From: a virus
IMG/VR virus record: IMGVR_UViG_3300032374_000001
Location: 3,658 to 67,657 of that record
Strand: one strand, 5' to 3'
Length of the DNA stretch: 64,000 nt
Part shown: one piece after another, positions 63,459 to 64,000 of the stretch
How the letters are laid out: each line of letters begins with the position of its first letter
How positions within the stretch are numbered: position 1 is the stretch's first letter
Notes under the pieces: generated by a model
Seen by the model: the letters and a program-made list of their open reading frames with translations, nothing else
What the model was told of the DNA's origin: nothing
Databases searched by the model: none
Made by a program: the position numbers and the translations under genes

Positions 63459-64000
63459 CCGCCCCCACCCCCACGCGGTCTCCGGCCTCCGCATCCGATG
63501 CGGCGACGACGCCGGGACAGCCTCCTTTCCGGGACGTTGTGGCGACGCTGACGCTCATCCGAGACTTCGCTGCCTCGAAGGCGCTCGTGCGTAACGATGC
63601 TCTGGATCACATTCAGTCAGTAGCGTCCGCGGCTCTAAAGCATGCCGCCCTCGCCCCGGTCGGAGTGCCGGAGAGCGTGCGAACCGCAACCGCCGACGCC
63701 ATCCGCGAAGCGCTCGACGCGATGCGCGCCCGTCGCGGCTCGGATTTTGACAGCGCGGCCGCTCTCGGTTTCCTCGTCGCCGAGCACGAGACCGAAATCC
63801 TCGCCGCCCTTGCAGCACCGGCCGTGCCCTCGGTTGTCGTGCCGGAGAGCGTGCGGCGGCTTTGCGAAGCCACGCGCGAGGTCGTGCGCGCGGCATGGAC
63901 GCTGACCGACAACACGGCCGATGGCGGTACGCCGCTACAGACCATCGACCCCGACGACTGGACGGCCCTCGCCCACAACCTAACCTATCTGACTTCGCTG
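63455..64000 (+). CDS. Hypothetical protein, open at window end
   Basis: GGGAGG RBS, no stop through base 64000; internal VPESVR duplication. Confidence 0.65.
   Translation, partial: MTAPTPTRSPASASDAATTPGQPPFRDVVATLTLIRDFAASKALVRNDALDHIQSVASAALKHAALAPVGVPESVRTATADAIREALDAMRARRGSDFDSAAALGFLVAEHETEILAALAAPAVPSVVVPESVRRLCEATREVVRAAWTLTDNTADGGTPLQTIDPDDWTALAHNLTYLTSL

Larger units (their letters stand above)
1..64000. mobile_element. Temperate-type myophage/prophage, near-complete gene set
   Basis: Ordered terminase-portal-head-neck-sheath-tube-TMP-baseplate-fibre-lysis operon, cI/cro switch, primase module; no host housekeeping genes anywhere in the window. Confidence 0.97.

Overview
The whole window is one high-GC (about two-thirds GC by eye) temperate-type tailed phage or prophage with a contractile tail. 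The host is probably an alphaproteobacterium, likely Methylobacterium or another Hyphomicrobiales member; this is inferred from composition, gene style and an RpoA-like PNFGRKSL motif. Layout: + strand early/accessory operon at 58406-64000 and 1-7394; divergent cI/cro switch at ~57.4-58.4 kb; minus-strand replication module (Cas4-like exonuclease, SSB-like protein, VRR-NUC, RepB/P4-type primase-helicase, iteron origin); a NusG paralogue followed by ~700 nt of structured non-coding sequence; then the late operon (terS, terL, portal, head, a 5.3 kb carbohydrate-active/fibre insert, neck, sheath/tube, TAC with -1 frameshift, tape measure, baseplate, 1949-aa fibre, GH108 lysin, 3TM holin). I found no integrase, DNA polymerase, tRNA, CRISPR array or reverse transcriptase. 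Best leads: (1) the NusG paralogue plus long structured leader containing a duplicated RNA motif; (2) a portal fused to an Acb1-like 2H phosphodiesterase; (3) a head-locus GH26/SGNH appendage cluster that shares modular docking motifs with the tail fibre; (4) a captured RNA polymerase alpha-CTD; (5) a peptidase-less repressor with a candidate SOS-controlled antirepressor. All family names come from motif recognition by eye, not database searches.
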